Source: Octopus vulgaris
Taxonomy: Eukaryota
Assembly (NCBI GenBank): GCA_951406725.2
Contig: OX597824.1
Location: 22,816,001-22,880,000 of the forward strand
Direction of reading: 5' to 3'
DNA length: 64,000 nt
Positions 1 through 13,487 of this stretch are shown here, piece by piece (position 1 is the first letter of the stretch; every line of letters begins with the position of its first letter). Made by a program: the position numbers and the translations under genes. The notes beneath the pieces are model-generated. The model worked only from the letters and a program-made list of their open reading frames with translations. It made no database searches and was not told where the DNA came from.

Positions 1-298
1 AAGCACCTTTTGAGCGTTGGGTCTCATGGGGGCATTACAAATGACAAGACTTTAGGCAATATGCCGTGCTTGAGAACAAGACCTATCAAGCTGAGTGAAA
101 CAGTAGTCGTGGCAGATACTGGTGTCATGCAACTGGCATGGAGTGATTGGCATTAGAAATGGTATCCAGCCATAGAAACCATGTCAAATCAAAGTGGAGT
201 CTGGTGCAGCCCTGAGCTAACCAGCCTTTGTCAAACTGTCCAACCCATGCCAGCATAGACAACAGACATTAAATGATGGTGATAATGATGATGATGAT
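1..298 (+). mobile_element. 3' UTR/tail of RTE-related retroelement (family D, (GAT)n tail)
   Basis: Degenerate match to the recurring unit ...ggagtggttggcgttaggaagggcatccagctgtagaaac...ccaacccatgctagcatggaaaacggacgttaaacgatgatgat. Other copies at ~1417-1573(+), 8515-8682(+), 15181-15440(-), 19438-19715(-), 24065-24192(-), 31452-31562(-), 32690-32912(+), 46988-47610(-), 50335-50630(+), 51751-52110(-), 56100-56474(+). At 30210-31013 the unit is contiguous with an RTE C-terminal ORF. Confidence 0.75.
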
Positions 299-432
299 AT
301 ATATACTTTACAGATATAGGGTAAAGAATTATTAAGTTAATAATTAACAAATTTTACAAAGTAGCTTCGGTATGGAAAAAACCCTTATCGGTAAAAACTT
401 ATACAAAACGTTTTTTTATAATTATAAATATA

Positions 433-514
433 ATTAAGGGTTTAGCAAAAAGTTGCTTCACCACATACTGAAAATTTTCGGTATGTGTTGAAGCAACTTT
501 TTGCAAAACCCTTA

Positions 515-516
<2 letters not shown>
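433..516. repeat. 84-bp near-perfect palindrome (fold-back)
   Basis: attaagggtttagcaaaaagttgcttcaccacatactgaaaa|ttttcggtatgtgttgaagcaactttttgcaaaacccttaat; about 3 mismatches, no spacer. Confidence 0.9.
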
Positions 517-565
<49 letters not shown>

Positions 566-1266
566 AAACAATAAATTAAATAGAGAGATACAACTGACAA
601 TCCAATAATCAATTCATATTATACTATGAATATAATTATAAGATAACAATTTGTAACAATTACATAACAACAATTTGTTTTAACTTCGTATACATTTTTT
701 GATATGTAAACAATTCAATTCCCTTATATAAGCCTCATCAGTGTCAATGGTTTGATGAAATTCCGTGTGAAAGAACAGCTGGTTTGTGGAAAAAATTAAT
801 TCAAATGCCTATGTATGATGAGTATTTGGGCATTAGCCATTCATCTACATATCAATTACAATTAAAAACAAGAAAATTATAATGAACAAAATAATTAAGT
901 AGAATCTACAACTGTAAAAATATTTTTTCGTATATCTCAAATAAGATTAAACTGAACTCATTTGTGTTGAAGACAATCTTTTGCTATTATAACCTACAAC
1001 AATAATATATAATTAAGTATCAGGGTCTTAATCTAGAAACTGTAATAACATGTGTAAAGAAATATAAATGATAATCATATTTTTAATATATAATAACTCT
1101 TCTATTTATTTAAAGTTATTGTTTATTAATTTATTGTTTGTAATTTGAATTGTACCAAGATTTATGTAGTTTCCAACTGACTTGCCAGTGAATTGGAGAT
1201 TTTAAACATCCCATTGAAGGAATTTTTTTCCTTAGTTCGTTACTATATGTGTGTGTGAGTGTGTGA

Positions 1267-1414
<148 letters not shown>

Positions 1415-1580
1415 ATTACTACACTCGCGGAGTGGTTGGCGTTAGGAAGGGCATCTGCCGGATCAGACTGGAGCCTGGTGCAGCCCCTGGCTTCCCAGAC
1501 CCCGGTCGAACTGTCCAACCCGTGCTAGCGCGGAAAACGGATGTTAAACGATGATGATGATGATGATGATGATGTATATG

Positions 1581-1612
<32 letters not shown>

Positions 1613-2126
1613 AATATATATATATGTATGTATATGTATATATATATGTATATGTGTATATATGTATATGTATATATATATATATTATATATACATATAT
1701 ATATATATATGTTTATATATACATAAACATATATTTATATATATATATATATATAATTCATAGTTTAAAAAAACAGAGAATGTACATAGAATAATCATTT
1801 TTTAATCATACTGCAGTTAATTAATAGGTCCTTGCATTTTTTCACCTACATTACATTTCAGCCAATTGTTATTGTCCATATTTGCACCTTTAAAGTGCTT
1901 TATGATGTTATAAAACAATGGCCTCTTCTGGGTGCTATTTTTTTCACTTCTCTTCTGGAATAGAGAATTTTTTCCAACTGAATGGTAAGCTTTTAGTTCT
2001 TTTGTTTAACTGTGTGTTGGATATTCTTATAAAAATAGTTCAAAACTGACTTTTTGACCCTACTGGTCAAGGGAAGAATCTGCTGCCTAGAAACTAGGTC
2101 ATGTTACTATTCCACCTTTACTGTTA

Positions 2127-2521
2127 TCTTTATATATAAAAGTAAGGTTGTGTGTCTGTCTCCTACGATTTAGATTCCTAACTACTCCCACATTTTGCAG
2201 TGCAGTTTAACCAAAACCGGGTATCTTATAGTCGTGATTCATATCGAGCCCTTCTGGGTATTAGTGTGCGTCTACGATGAGTCTACGATTTAAAAAAAAT
2301 TTACCATAATTTTTTTCCATTTTAATGCATTTTTCGCTATTATATAAGGGAAGTAACTCTCTAAAAATGTCTACGATGAGTCAACGATTTAAAAAAATTT
2401 ACCATAATTTTTTTTCCATTTTTAATGCATTTTTTTTGCTATTTTTTGGCTATAACTCTCTAAAAATGCTTATATAGTTATTTCCCTTACAAACCCGAGC
2501 AACGCCGGGCGATACTGCTAG
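2127..2521 (+). mobile_element. Non-autonomous Helitron (~395 bp)
   Basis: Starts A|TC(tttatatataaaa), ends CTAG|T, subterminal hairpin cccgagcaacgccggg (2494-2509), no TSD, internal ~110-bp tandem duplication. Second copy at 58524-58919(-). Confidence 0.85.
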
Positions 2522-2908
2522 TATTTTATAAATGCTTTAATCTTAATCATTGTTTCACCAGGGCAGTCAAGGTTTTCATTTTTTGTCACTACCAATCATA
2601 TATTTTGTTGGCACTCTGTATATCCAATTACTACTATTTGTACTATCACCCCACCTCCTCCTTTAAGTCTTTCTCATATAAGTGCTATTGAATATCATAT
2701 TAATTAACATACCTTTTAGACATTATTAAGCTGATAATATATATCTCAGTGTTGCTGTACTATATTTTGGAATACTTCCTTTGTTGTCCAACTATTGGTA
2801 TCATATTTTGTCATGTTGCTAATGTATTATGTCACTACAATATTTATCATTCGATTGTCTTGGATAATTCAATTTCTTATTAATCCTTTCTCCTGCTTGT
2901 TATTAATA

Positions 2909-3319
2909 ACTCTTTACTCTTTTATTCTTTTACTTGCTTCAGTCAGTTGACTGCGGCCATGCTGGAGCACCGCCTTTAGTCGAGCAACTCGACCCCGGTA
3001 CTTATTCTTTGTAAGCCCAGTACTTATTCTATCGGTCTCTTTTGCCGAACCGCTAAGTGACGGGCACATAAACACACCAGCATCGGTTGTCAAGCGATGT
3101 TCGGGGGACAAACACAGACACGCAAACATATATATATATATATATACATATATACGACGGGCTTCTTTCAGTTTCCGTCTACCAAATCCACTCACAAGGC
3201 TTTGGTCAGCCCGAGGCTATAGTAGAAGACACTTGCCCAAGGTGCCATGCAGTGGGACTGAACCCGGAACCATGTGGTTGGTAAGCAAGCTACTTACCAC
3301 ACAGCCACTCCTGCACCTA
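2909..3319 (-). mobile_element. tRNA-derived SINE family C (internal microsatellite, CR1-like tail)
   Basis: Head gtggctgtgtggtaag...ggttcagtccc, CORE-like ccttgggcaagt, internal (TA)n/(TG)n, tail ggtgctccagcatggccgcagtcaa.tgactgaa.caagtaaaaga. Many copies in the window. Confidence 0.85.
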
Positions 3320-3324
3320 TTAAT

Positions 3325-3560
3325 TTACATTTTGATGTAATAATCTGGTAAATTTCTTTGACACATAACTAATATCTTTTTCTCTCTTTACTGTAAGATT
3401 TTGTTTGGCTAATTATTTCCCATGTAAGTGTATAATCCTTATTTTTATCTTTAATCCACCAAATTAATTTGCTTAGACTAGTGCTCCTCTCTTTATGTCT
3501 ACCCTTAACGGCAGTTTCATGATTAGCTATCCTTTTTTTATATAACTTCCTGTAGCTCCT
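3325..3560 (-). pseudogene. Penelope-like element GIY-YIG C-terminal fragment
   Basis: Translation YKKRIANHETAVKGRHKERSTSLSKLIWWIKDKNKDYTLTWEII...SYSKERKR..LCVKE resembles the PLE endonuclease C-terminus (K.R..NH...F......T.LS.YIW.LK......I.W.I). Confidence 0.6.
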
Positions 3561-3607
3561 ATAAAAATATGGCAGGGTGTCAAAAGACAAATACAACAGT
3601 GGCAAAA

Positions 3608-4802
3608 GACCGCTTTAGTCAAATAGTCACGGGGCTAGTTTCTTGGATTCTCAGGCACATATATTCCCCTCTGGATGGGATGCTGGTTCATCGCAGGATT
3701 ACTATGTTTACCAACTGAGTGGACTGGAGCAACATGAAGGGAAGTGAAGTGTTTTGCTCAGGAACACAACACGTCACCTGGTGCCAGAATCGAAACCACA
3801 ATCTTATGATCATGAGTCCATCATACTAACTGCTAAGTCACATGTCTTCACTTAAACCTATTTCCTGAATCATATAGACTCATAGAGCCAGTTTCTCATA
3901 TTCTCCAGCATATATATTCCCCATGGATGGGATGCTAGTCCATCCTAGGAATGCTCATATTTTGCTGCCAGCTGAGTGGACTGGAGGAATGTGAAATGAA
4001 GTGTTTTGCTCAAGAACAGAACACATTGCCCAGTCCAGGAATCGAAACCACAATCTTACAATCATGAATGTAAACCCTAACCACTAAGCATACATCTTTA
4101 CTTAAAGCTTTCTTCTGAGTCTTATAGACTCATAGGGCCAGTTTCCAATTTTCTTATGTTTTTATTGCCCACAAGGGACTAAACATAGAGGGGACAAACA
4201 AGGACAGACAAAGGGATTAAGTCAGTTAAATCAACCCCAGTGCATAACTGGTACTTAATTTGTCGACTGCGAAAGGATGAAAGGCAAAGTCGATCTCGGC
4301 GGAATTTGAACTCAGAACTTAACGGCAGACGAAATACCTATTTCTTTATTACCCACAAGGGGCTAAACACAGAGGGGAAAAACAAGGACAGACATAGGTA
4401 TTAAGTCGATTACATCGACCCCAGTGCATAACTGGTACTTAATTTGTCGACTGCGAAAGGATGAAAGGCAAAGTCGATCTCGGCGGAATTTGAACTCAGA
4501 ACTTAACGGCAGACGAAATACCGCTAAGCATTTTGCCCGGTGTGTTAACATTTCTGCCAGCTCACCGCCTTATTTTCTGTGGTGTATATAGGCCCACTTT
4601 TCCAATTTTCAGTTTTCTGTGGCGTATATAGGTCCACTTGGAAGGGATATCAGTCCTTTGCAGAATTACTCACTTTCGCTTCTTAAGTGGACTGGAGCAA
4701 CATGGGAAAAAGTGTTTTACCCAAGAACACAAAACATTGTCCTTTCCATGAATCGAAACCATAATCTTACAATCATGATTCCAACACCTTAACCACTAAA
4801 CC
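3608..4802 (-). mobile_element. Three tandem CORE-type tRNA SINEs (family G), the third interrupted by a family B dimer
   Basis: Repeated gctgagtggactggagcaacatgaa...gtgttttgctcaagaacacaac...ggaatcgaaaccacaatctta...aaccactaag at ~3608-3851, 3868-4100 and 4110-4802. Another copy at 53876-54028(-). Confidence 0.7.
4156..4569 (-). mobile_element. SINE family B, head plus two tandem bodies
   Basis: ggcggtgagctggcagaa...ctgagttcaaattccgccgag...gcctttcatcctttcg..gtcgacaaattaagtaccag...tagccccttgtggg..ataaagaaata, with the body repeated. The central motif resembles the MetaSINE-type domain (from memory, unverified). Confidence 0.85.
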
Positions 4803-5666
4803 ACACACACACACACTCCTTGAACAACTAGTAAACTTGTCATTGTGAACTGACTGCTCGACACCCATTATCATAGAGATAGCAACAGAAACCAGTCAAT
4901 TGATCATTAATCAACATCAACAAATGTCTCTCAAGCTGAGAGACATTTGTCACAAATAAAAAATAAACCCAGCTAAACAGTCAGATGACTTCATTGCAAC
5001 ACATATCTCCATCTCCATCCTCTTAAACACAAACAAAATGCTTTGCAGTGAATACATTCAACAGTTTCATTGATTTCTACAATATTCTATGCGTTGGTTC
5101 ATGGCAGGGTGTCCCAACCTTGTTTATGTTCCACACTCAGATCTGGCTGTGTGGTTAAGAAGCTTGTTTTGTGACTGTTTGGTTTTGGGGTTCAGTCCCA
5201 CTTAGCAGCACCTTGGGCAAGTGGGTTTTTTTTTTGTTATTATAACCCTGGGCTAGGCTAGGAAGACCAATGCCTTATATGTGAATTGGATAGCATGCAA
5301 TTGGATGGTAGCCCATCGCATATGTGTGTGTGTGTATGTGTTTTGTATGGGTGAATATGTTTTGCTTGTGTGTGTGTTTTGTATGAGTGAATATGTTTTG
5401 TGTGTATGTGTGTGTGTGTGTGTGTTCATGTGTGTGTGTGTGTGTGTTCATGTGTGTGTGTGTGTCTTTGTATATGTCTCTTCGCCATTTGACAACCAGT
5501 GTTGGTTTGTTTACATTCCTGTAACTTTGCAGTTCAGCAAAAGATACTATTAGAATAAGTACCGGGCATTAAAAAAAAAATCAGTTCTGGATCAATTGTT
5601 TGACAGAACTTTTAAGAAAATCAAATACTTTTTCACAAAAAATTTTATACATACATATGTACGTAA

Positions 5667-5838
5667 TAGGCGTAGGAGTGGCTGTGTGGTAAGCAGCTTG
5701 CTTATGAACCACATAGTTCTGGGTTCAGTCCCACTGTGTGGCACCTTGGGCAAGTGTCTTCTACTATAGCCTTGGGCCGACCAAAGCCTTGTGAGTGGAT
5801 TTGGTAGACAGAAACTGATAGAAGCCCATCATATATTA

Positions 5839-5875
<37 letters not shown>

Positions 5876-6145
5876 AGTATGTATGTGTGTGTATATGTTT
5901 GTGTGTCTGTGTTTGCCCCCCCCCCACATATCTTGACAACCAATGCTGGTGTGTTTACGTCACTGTAACTTAGCGGTTCGGCAATAGAACTGATAGAATA
6001 AGTACTAGGCTTACAAAGAATAAGTCCTGGGGGTCACGTTGCTCGACTAAAGGCGGTGCTCCAGCATGGCCACAGTCATATGACTGAAACAAGTCTATTC
6101 TAATAGTATCTTTTGCTGAACTGAAACAAGTAAAAGAGACTAAAG
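5667..6145 (+). mobile_element. SINE family C (preceded by an older copy at ~5145-5600)
   Basis: Full head, internal (TA)n and tail; carries a templated insertion at 6096-6123. Confidence 0.85.
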
Positions 6146-6148
6146 AGT

Positions 6149-6179
<31 letters not shown>

Positions 6180-6200
6180 CATACATACATATATACATAT

Positions 6201-6231
<31 letters not shown>

Positions 6232-6353
6232 CATACATAACTACATACATACATAATTACATACATACATACATAACTATATACATACATAACTACATAC
6301 ATACATACATGCATACATGCATGCATATATACATACATACATAACTACATACA

Positions 6354-6387
<34 letters not shown>

Positions 6388-6433
6388 CATACATACATAC
6401 ATAACTACATACATGAATAACTACATACATACG

Positions 6434-6812
6434 CCTTGTTTCCCTGGGCATGGATTCACTGAAGCTCCGGCGTTTGGCGACGGACTTGGTAAACACCCAC
6501 AAAGTTATCAACCACCTCACCAACAACAACACTGAACACCTTTTTGATCTCCATGTGTCTAACACACGTGGACATGCCTACAAAGTCAGAAAACAACACA
6601 GCTCCCATGACTTTCGGAAACATTTTTTCACGCTCAGAGTTGCTGAAGCATGGAATAAACTGCCTGCTTCAGTTGTTGACTGCCATGACACTGCATCTTT
6701 TAAGGCCCTCATGCTTCCCAAAATCTGCCGAAACTTCACCTGATTATATATACACTTTAGATGAGTTGTAGTGCACCTGAGCACTGTACACAATTATTAT
6801 TATTATTATTAT
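6434..6812 (+). pseudogene. CR1-like LINE 3' end (ORF2 C-terminus plus 3' UTR, (ATT)n tail) embedded in (CATA)n
   Basis: MDSLKLRRLATDL..THK....TRGH.YK......DFRKHFFTLRV...WNKLP matches the typical CR1 ORF2 C-terminus. Related copy at 52130-52597(-). Confidence 0.85.
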
Positions 6813-7258
6813 TATACATACATGCATACATACATATATACATACATACATACATACATGCACACATACATACATACATAACTACATATATACATACATA
6901 CATACACACATACATACATACATGAATGATAGGCTTTTCTCAGTTTCCATCTACTAAATCAACTCACGAGGCTTTGGTCAGTCCAGGGCTATAAAAGAAG
7001 ACATTTGCCCAAGGTGCCATGCAGTGGAACTGAACCCAAGACCACATAGTTCAGAAGCAAACTTTTGAACTACTCAGCCACGCCAACATCTATAACAATA
7101 AAAACAGCACCTAACAATGTTGTTTTACTTATTCGTGGACCAATGATGAGCAAATGCTGGAACCTAAAACAACCGTCTAAAGATGAGTAATTTTGGCACA
7201 AAAGTCAGACTTCTGAAATTTCAGCTTTTTTAAAAAATTAGAACTGGAAGAAATTATA

Positions 7259-7583
7259 CACCCACCCTTCCTCCCTCCCCATCCATCCATCCATCCATCC
7301 ATCCATCCATCCATCCCTCCATCCATCCCTCCATCAATCCATCCATCCATCCATCCATCCATCCATCCATCCATCCATCCATCCACCCATCCCTCCATCC
7401 ATCCATCCATCCATCCATCCATCCATCCATCCATCCATCCATCATCCATCCATCCATCCATCCATCCATAACTCCATCCACCCACCCATCCCTCCATCCA
7501 TCCCTCCATCCATCCATCCATCCACCCATCCATCAATCCATCCATCCACCCATCCATCCATCCATCCATCCATCCATCTATCC
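7259..7583. repeat. (CCAT)n microsatellite
   Basis: Direct reading; source of the spurious WMDG ORFs. Confidence 0.95.
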
Positions 7584-7719
7584 ATGCACACACACACACA
7601 CATACATACAAATATATATACATACACAGACACACACAGATACACATTCATACATACATACATACATACATACATACATACATACATACATACATACATA
7701 CATACATACATACATACAT

Positions 7720-7930
7720 GGGCAAGAAATTTAGGCAGTGGAACGCAAAGCAAAGAGTTACGGCATCATCCACATTATTGCCAACAGTTAGAGAATGTCT
7801 TCAAGATATTTATCATTCCATAAGGCATGATGCAGTGACCAGAACAGTCTGGAAAAGAATAAGGAAAACGAAAATTCCAGCAAAGTTAATTATTTTGAGA
7901 CTAGAGGTTCAGAAGAATATTTGTGGAACT
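7720..7930 (+). pseudogene. R4/NeSL-like (RLE-type) non-LTR retrotransposon fragment, C-terminal zinc-knuckle region
   Basis: Across a frameshift and a stop: [14 protein letters not shown] / [12 protein letters not shown] resembles the HII..C..(L/M)...Y..RHD.V motif upstream of the restriction-like endonuclease. Confidence 0.45.
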
Positions 7931-8065
7931 TAATAATTAAAACAATCATCCCTCGACCGCGAGTCCACTGCTCTAACCACTAGGCCATGTGCCTCCACTG
8001 GAAGGTGATTGCAACTCCTTAATTGATATGTTGTCTCACTATAATTGATATCTATCTCATTTAGT

Positions 8066-8452
8066 GGAGGCGCAATGGCCCAGTGGTTAGGGCAGCGGAC
8101 TCGCAGTCATAGGATCGCGGTTTCGATTCCCAGACCGGGCGTTGTGAGTGTTTATTGAGCGAAAACACCTAAAAAAAGCTCCACGAGGCTCCGGCAGGGG
8201 GTGGTGGTGATCCCTGCTGTACTCTTTCACCACAACTTTCTCTCACTCTTACTTCCTATTTCTGTTGTACCTGTATTTCAAGGGGCCGGCCTTGTCACTC
8301 TCTGTGTCACGCTGAATATCCCCGAGAACTACGTTAAGGGTGCACGTGTCTGTGGAGTGCTCAGCCACTTACATGTTAATTTCACAAGCAGGCTGTTCCG
8401 TTGATTCGGATCAACCGGAACCCTCGTCGTCGTAACCGACGGAGTGCTTCCA
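8066..8452 (+). mobile_element. tRNA-derived SINE family A (~385 bp)
   Basis: Pol III A box tggcccagtgg, B box ggtttcgattcc, TSD gatatctatctca (8047-8059/8454-8466). Five near-identical copies in the window. Confidence 0.9.
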
Positions 8453-8909
8453 CGATATCTATCTCACTATAACCTTTTCATCATCACCTCCATCTTAAAA
8501 GGTTTTGTGTTGCGACAACTTGGTGACCCTGTCAGTGCAGGTGCCACTTAAAAAACTGTAAAAAATCCTGCCAAAACAGTCACAGAAGTCTGGTGCGGGC
8601 TTCTGCCTGGCCATCTCTTGTGAAACTGTCCAACCTATGCTAGCATGGAAGGTGGACGTTAAACGATGAGGATGATGATGATAAATATATATATATATAT
8701 ATATCACTAAATCCACAAGCTTTTTTTTATTCTCTCTGTTTATTTTCCCTTATTTCTTTCTGTTGAAGAGCATAGGCTCAAAATGTAAAAGACTTTTTCA
8801 TTTTCCCCAAACGTTAAAACTAATACACCTGCTTGTTGTTCATACACCTGTCTTCATCTTTTGTTTTTCCATAAATTTCAACTATATATATATATATATA
8901 TATGTATAT

Positions 8910-8948
<39 letters not shown>

Positions 8949-9318
8949 GTATGTTTGTGTGTGTGTGTTTGTGTGTGTGCATTTTTGTGAGTTTGTGCGT
9001 TTATGTGTGTGCGTGTTTGTGTGTTTGTGCATGCACATGTGTGTTTGTGTGCTTGTGTGTGAGTGTGTGTGTGCGTGCATGCATGCATGTGTGTATGTGT
9101 ATTGGTGTTTGTCCACCACTACTGCTTAACAACCAGTGTCAGTTGTGTTTACATCCCTGTGACTTAGTGGTTCGGCAAAAAGACTGATAGAATAAGAACT
9201 TGGCTTTAAAAAAATGTAATAAGTACTGAGGTCAATTCATTTGACTAAAAAATCTTTGAAACAGTGCCCCAGCATGGCCAAAATCTAATGACTGAAACAG
9301 ATAAAAGATAAAAGACAG

Positions 9319-9725
9319 ATAGGTGCAGGAGTGGCTGTATGGTAGGTAGCTTGTTTACCAGCCACATGGTTCCGGGTTCAGTCCCACTGCGTGGCACCTT
9401 TGGCAAGTGTCTTCTACTATAGCCTCAGGCCGACCAAAGCCTTGTGAGTGGATTTGGTAGATGGAAACTGAAAGAAGCCCGTCGTATATATGTATATATA
9501 TATGCGTGTGTGTGTCTGTGTTTGTCCCCCTAGCATTGCTTGACAACCAATGCTGGTGTGTTTATGTCCCCGTTACTTAGCGGTTCGGCAAAAGAGACCG
9601 ATAGAATAAGTACTGGGCTTACGAAAGAATAAGTCCCGGGGTCGATTTGCTCGATTAAAGGCGGTGCTCCAGCATGGCCGCAGTCAAATGACTGAAACAA
9701 GTAAAAGAGAGAGTAAAAGAGTAAA
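9319..9725 (+). mobile_element. SINE family C
   Basis: Full-length. A 3' part of another copy lies at ~9100-9315 and an inverted copy at 10221-10570. Confidence 0.85.
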
Positions 9726-9954
9726 TCAATAAATAGAAAAGAAGACCAAAAAGAACTAAAAACAAACCATGGGCCAAGAATCTAATTGGTGTCAGTTGTG
9801 GAATTTGAACCCTCACTCTTCTGGTTTGGATACCAACATAACAGAAGCTAAATGAATGTCAGTGAAGTAGAGAACAAATGGAATAAAATAATAATGGTGA
9901 TATTTTAGAAATAGGTTTTGATGACATTTACGAACATGCCGTTTATTTTGTCAG

Positions 9955-10016
<62 letters not shown>

Positions 10017-10220
10017 TATGTTATGTGTGTTATGTGTGCATGTGTGTATGTTTGAATGATTGTATGTCAGTCTCTATGAATGCATGTGTATGTGTATGTA
10101 TGTGTATTCATGTGCATGTAAAGTATGTATGTATACGTGTGCATGTGTGAGCATGTATGTGTAATGTAACGTATGTATAAATGAATGTGTGTATGCATGA
10201 ATGTAAATATGTGTATGTGT

Positions 10221-10570
10221 ATACTCTTTTACTTGTTTCAGTCATTTGACTGTGGCCAGGCCGGAGCACTGCCTTTAGTCGAGCAAACCGACCCCATGAC
10301 TTATTCTTTGTAAGCCTAGCAATTATTCTAAGTACTAAGTCACGGGGACGTAAACACACTACCATCAGTTGTCAAGCGATGTTGGGGGGGACAAACACAG
10401 ACACACAAACATATACACACATATAAACATATGTATATACATGGCTTCTTTCAGTTTCCATGGCTTTGGTCGGCCCAAGATGCTTGCCCAAGGTACCACA
10501 CAGTGGGAATGAACCCAGAACCAGGTGGTTGGTAAGCAAGCTGCTTACCATACAGCCACTCCTGTGCCTA
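10221..10570 (-). mobile_element. SINE family C (internally deleted)
   Basis: Reverse complement of the 9319-9725 consensus, inserted in a (TG/TA)n-rich tract. Confidence 0.8.
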
Positions 10571-11192
10571 TGTATAAATATTTCTTTACAGTGTATATGT
10601 ATACATGTGTGTATGCATGTGTATGTATGTGCATGTAATGTATGTATGTATGTATATATGTATGTATGTATGTATTTATGCATGTATGTGTAATGTATGT
10701 ATGCATGTATGTATACATGTATGTGTGTATAAATGAATGAATGTTTGTGTATATGTATGAATGTAAGTATGTGTATGTATGTATATATATATTTGTTTGC
10801 AGTGTATGTGTGTGCATCTGTGTATGTGTATGCATGTGTATAAATGTGTAAAATATTTATGCATGCATGTGTGCATGTGTGTGCTTGTATGCATACTGTA
10901 ATGTATGTGTAGGTAAGAATGAATGCATGTGTGTATAAATGTATATGTGTATATAAAATATTTGTTTACAGCATATGTGTGTGCATGTGTGTATATGCAT
11001 AATCTGTGTATGTGCATGTGTGCATATATATGTGTAATATATGCATATGTGTATGTTATGAATGAATATATGTATGTTTATATGAATGTATGTGTGTATA
11101 TGTGTATGTATATGCAAGTATTTGTGAATGAATGTATTTCTCAGTGTATTTTGTATGTATGTGTATTTATGTGTATTTATGTATATGTTTAT

Positions 11193-11473
11193 CCCTTCTC
11201 GAGCCATGCCTGGCTCAAAAGGGCCGGTTTCTCAGTTTCCTTGGCGTATAGGTTCCCCACCTGGACGGGACGCCAGTTTGTCGCAGGTGAGCTGCAAGAT
11301 GCAGGAGGAAAGAGTGAGAGAAAGTTGTGGTGAAAGAGTCAGCAGAAGTTCACCATTACCTTCTGCCAGAGTCGCGTGGAGCTTAGGTGTTTCGCTCATA
11401 AGCACACACCACCCAGTCTGAGATTTGAACCTGTTATCCCTCGACTTGCGAGTCCGCTGCTCTAACCACTAGG
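11193..11473 (-). mobile_element. tRNA-derived SINE family E (family A-like head, V-domain-like body)
   Basis: cctagtggttagagcagcggactcg...aaacacctaagctcca...gactggcgtcccgtccaggtgggg...catggctcgagaagg. Copies at 31563-31829(+) and 60653-60950(+); isolated head at 7947-7998(-). Confidence 0.8.
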
Positions 11474-11850
11474 ATTCAGGATACATGCTGTTTACTACAT
11501 ACTTATTGATGTGTTTAAGAATCACTCGCACAAGAATTTTTCCAGCAATGCACAACAAGCTAATCCCCCTGTGATTATCACAAACATTCTTCTTCCCCTT
11601 GTTTTTGTACAAATGCATTATAGACGTATCTTTAAGCTGTTGGGAAATAGACCCAGCTTCCCAGATCGAACAGATTGATTTGCACAGCTTGTATAAGAAA
11701 GCTGTCTACCATCGTGCTCATACACTTCAATGGGAACACTGTCTTATTCAGGAACTTTACCATTGGAAAGTTTTTTAATAGCAGTACTTGTCTCTTCCAA
11801 AAAAGGTCCTTCCTGAAATTCCTCAATTATAGTCCTCTGAAGGATTTTAA
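11474..11850 (-). pseudogene. RTE-clade reverse transcriptase fragment (not in ORF track)
   Basis: Manual translation: EETSTAIKKLSNGKVPE*DSVPIEVY...IWEAGSISQQLKDTSIMHLYKNKGKKNVCDNHRGISLLCIAGKILVRVIL...MYPES. Homologous to the 16683 ORF. Confidence 0.85.
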
Positions 11851-11866
11851 ATTATTATTATTATTT

Positions 11867-12620
<754 letters not shown>

Positions 12621-12829
12621 TAATAATTCATTATTTTATTTGCCACAAGGGCTCACATACAATAACATTAAATGGCATGATACAGAGATAAAAGACAACA
12701 CAAAACAATAGAATGGGTTTTACAGCAATGTAAACAATATATATAACAACAATAATTATAATATACTTTACTTTGTCATGATTTCTTTTTTCTCCAATTT
12801 ATAAAACCGAACACATGCACACATTGATT

Positions 12830-12974
12830 GTTTGATAGACAGAGACAGGCACACGGATAGATAGAGAGATGGAGAGATAGAGAGAAAGAGATATAGACAT
12901 AGATAGATTGATAGAGAGAGAGAGGGGGGAGAGACAGAGAGATAAACAGTGAGACAAACAGTTAGATAGATAGG

Positions 12975-13006
<32 letters not shown>

Positions 13007-13011
13007 CACAT

Positions 13012-13052
<41 letters not shown>

Positions 13053-13133
13053 GAGGAAAATGATAGAGAGAGATGATAAAGAGAGATGATAGATAGATAG
13101 ATAGACAGACAGACATACAGACAGATTGATAGA

Positions 13134-13185
<52 letters not shown>

Positions 13186-13202
13186 AAGATAGACAGACAG
13201 AA

Positions 13203-13233
<31 letters not shown>

Positions 13234-13250
13234 AAGATAGACAGACAGAA

Positions 13251-13285
<35 letters not shown>

Positions 13286-13306
13286 TAGATAGACAGACAG
13301 ACAGAC

Positions 13307-13349
<43 letters not shown>

Positions 13350-13392
13350 TAGACAGACAGACAGACAGATAGATAGAAGGATAGATAGACAG

Positions 13393-13487
<95 letters not shown>

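Noticed and set aside
730-745. CTGATGA on the minus strand as a hammerhead core
   Set aside because: No stem II/GAAA/stem I partner found at a suitable distance.
2058-2103. Hammerhead-like ccta-CTGGTCA...GAAA-ctagg-TC, and similar traces at ~360-395(-) and ~26105-26140(-)
   Set aside because: Two or more core substitutions and weak stems; may be decayed copies but cannot be supported.
8066-8145. Possible true tRNA genes at SINE heads and at 40413-40482
   Set aside because: No proper acceptor stem pairing, and they continue into repeat bodies with TSDs or tails; tRNA-derived rather than functional tRNAs.
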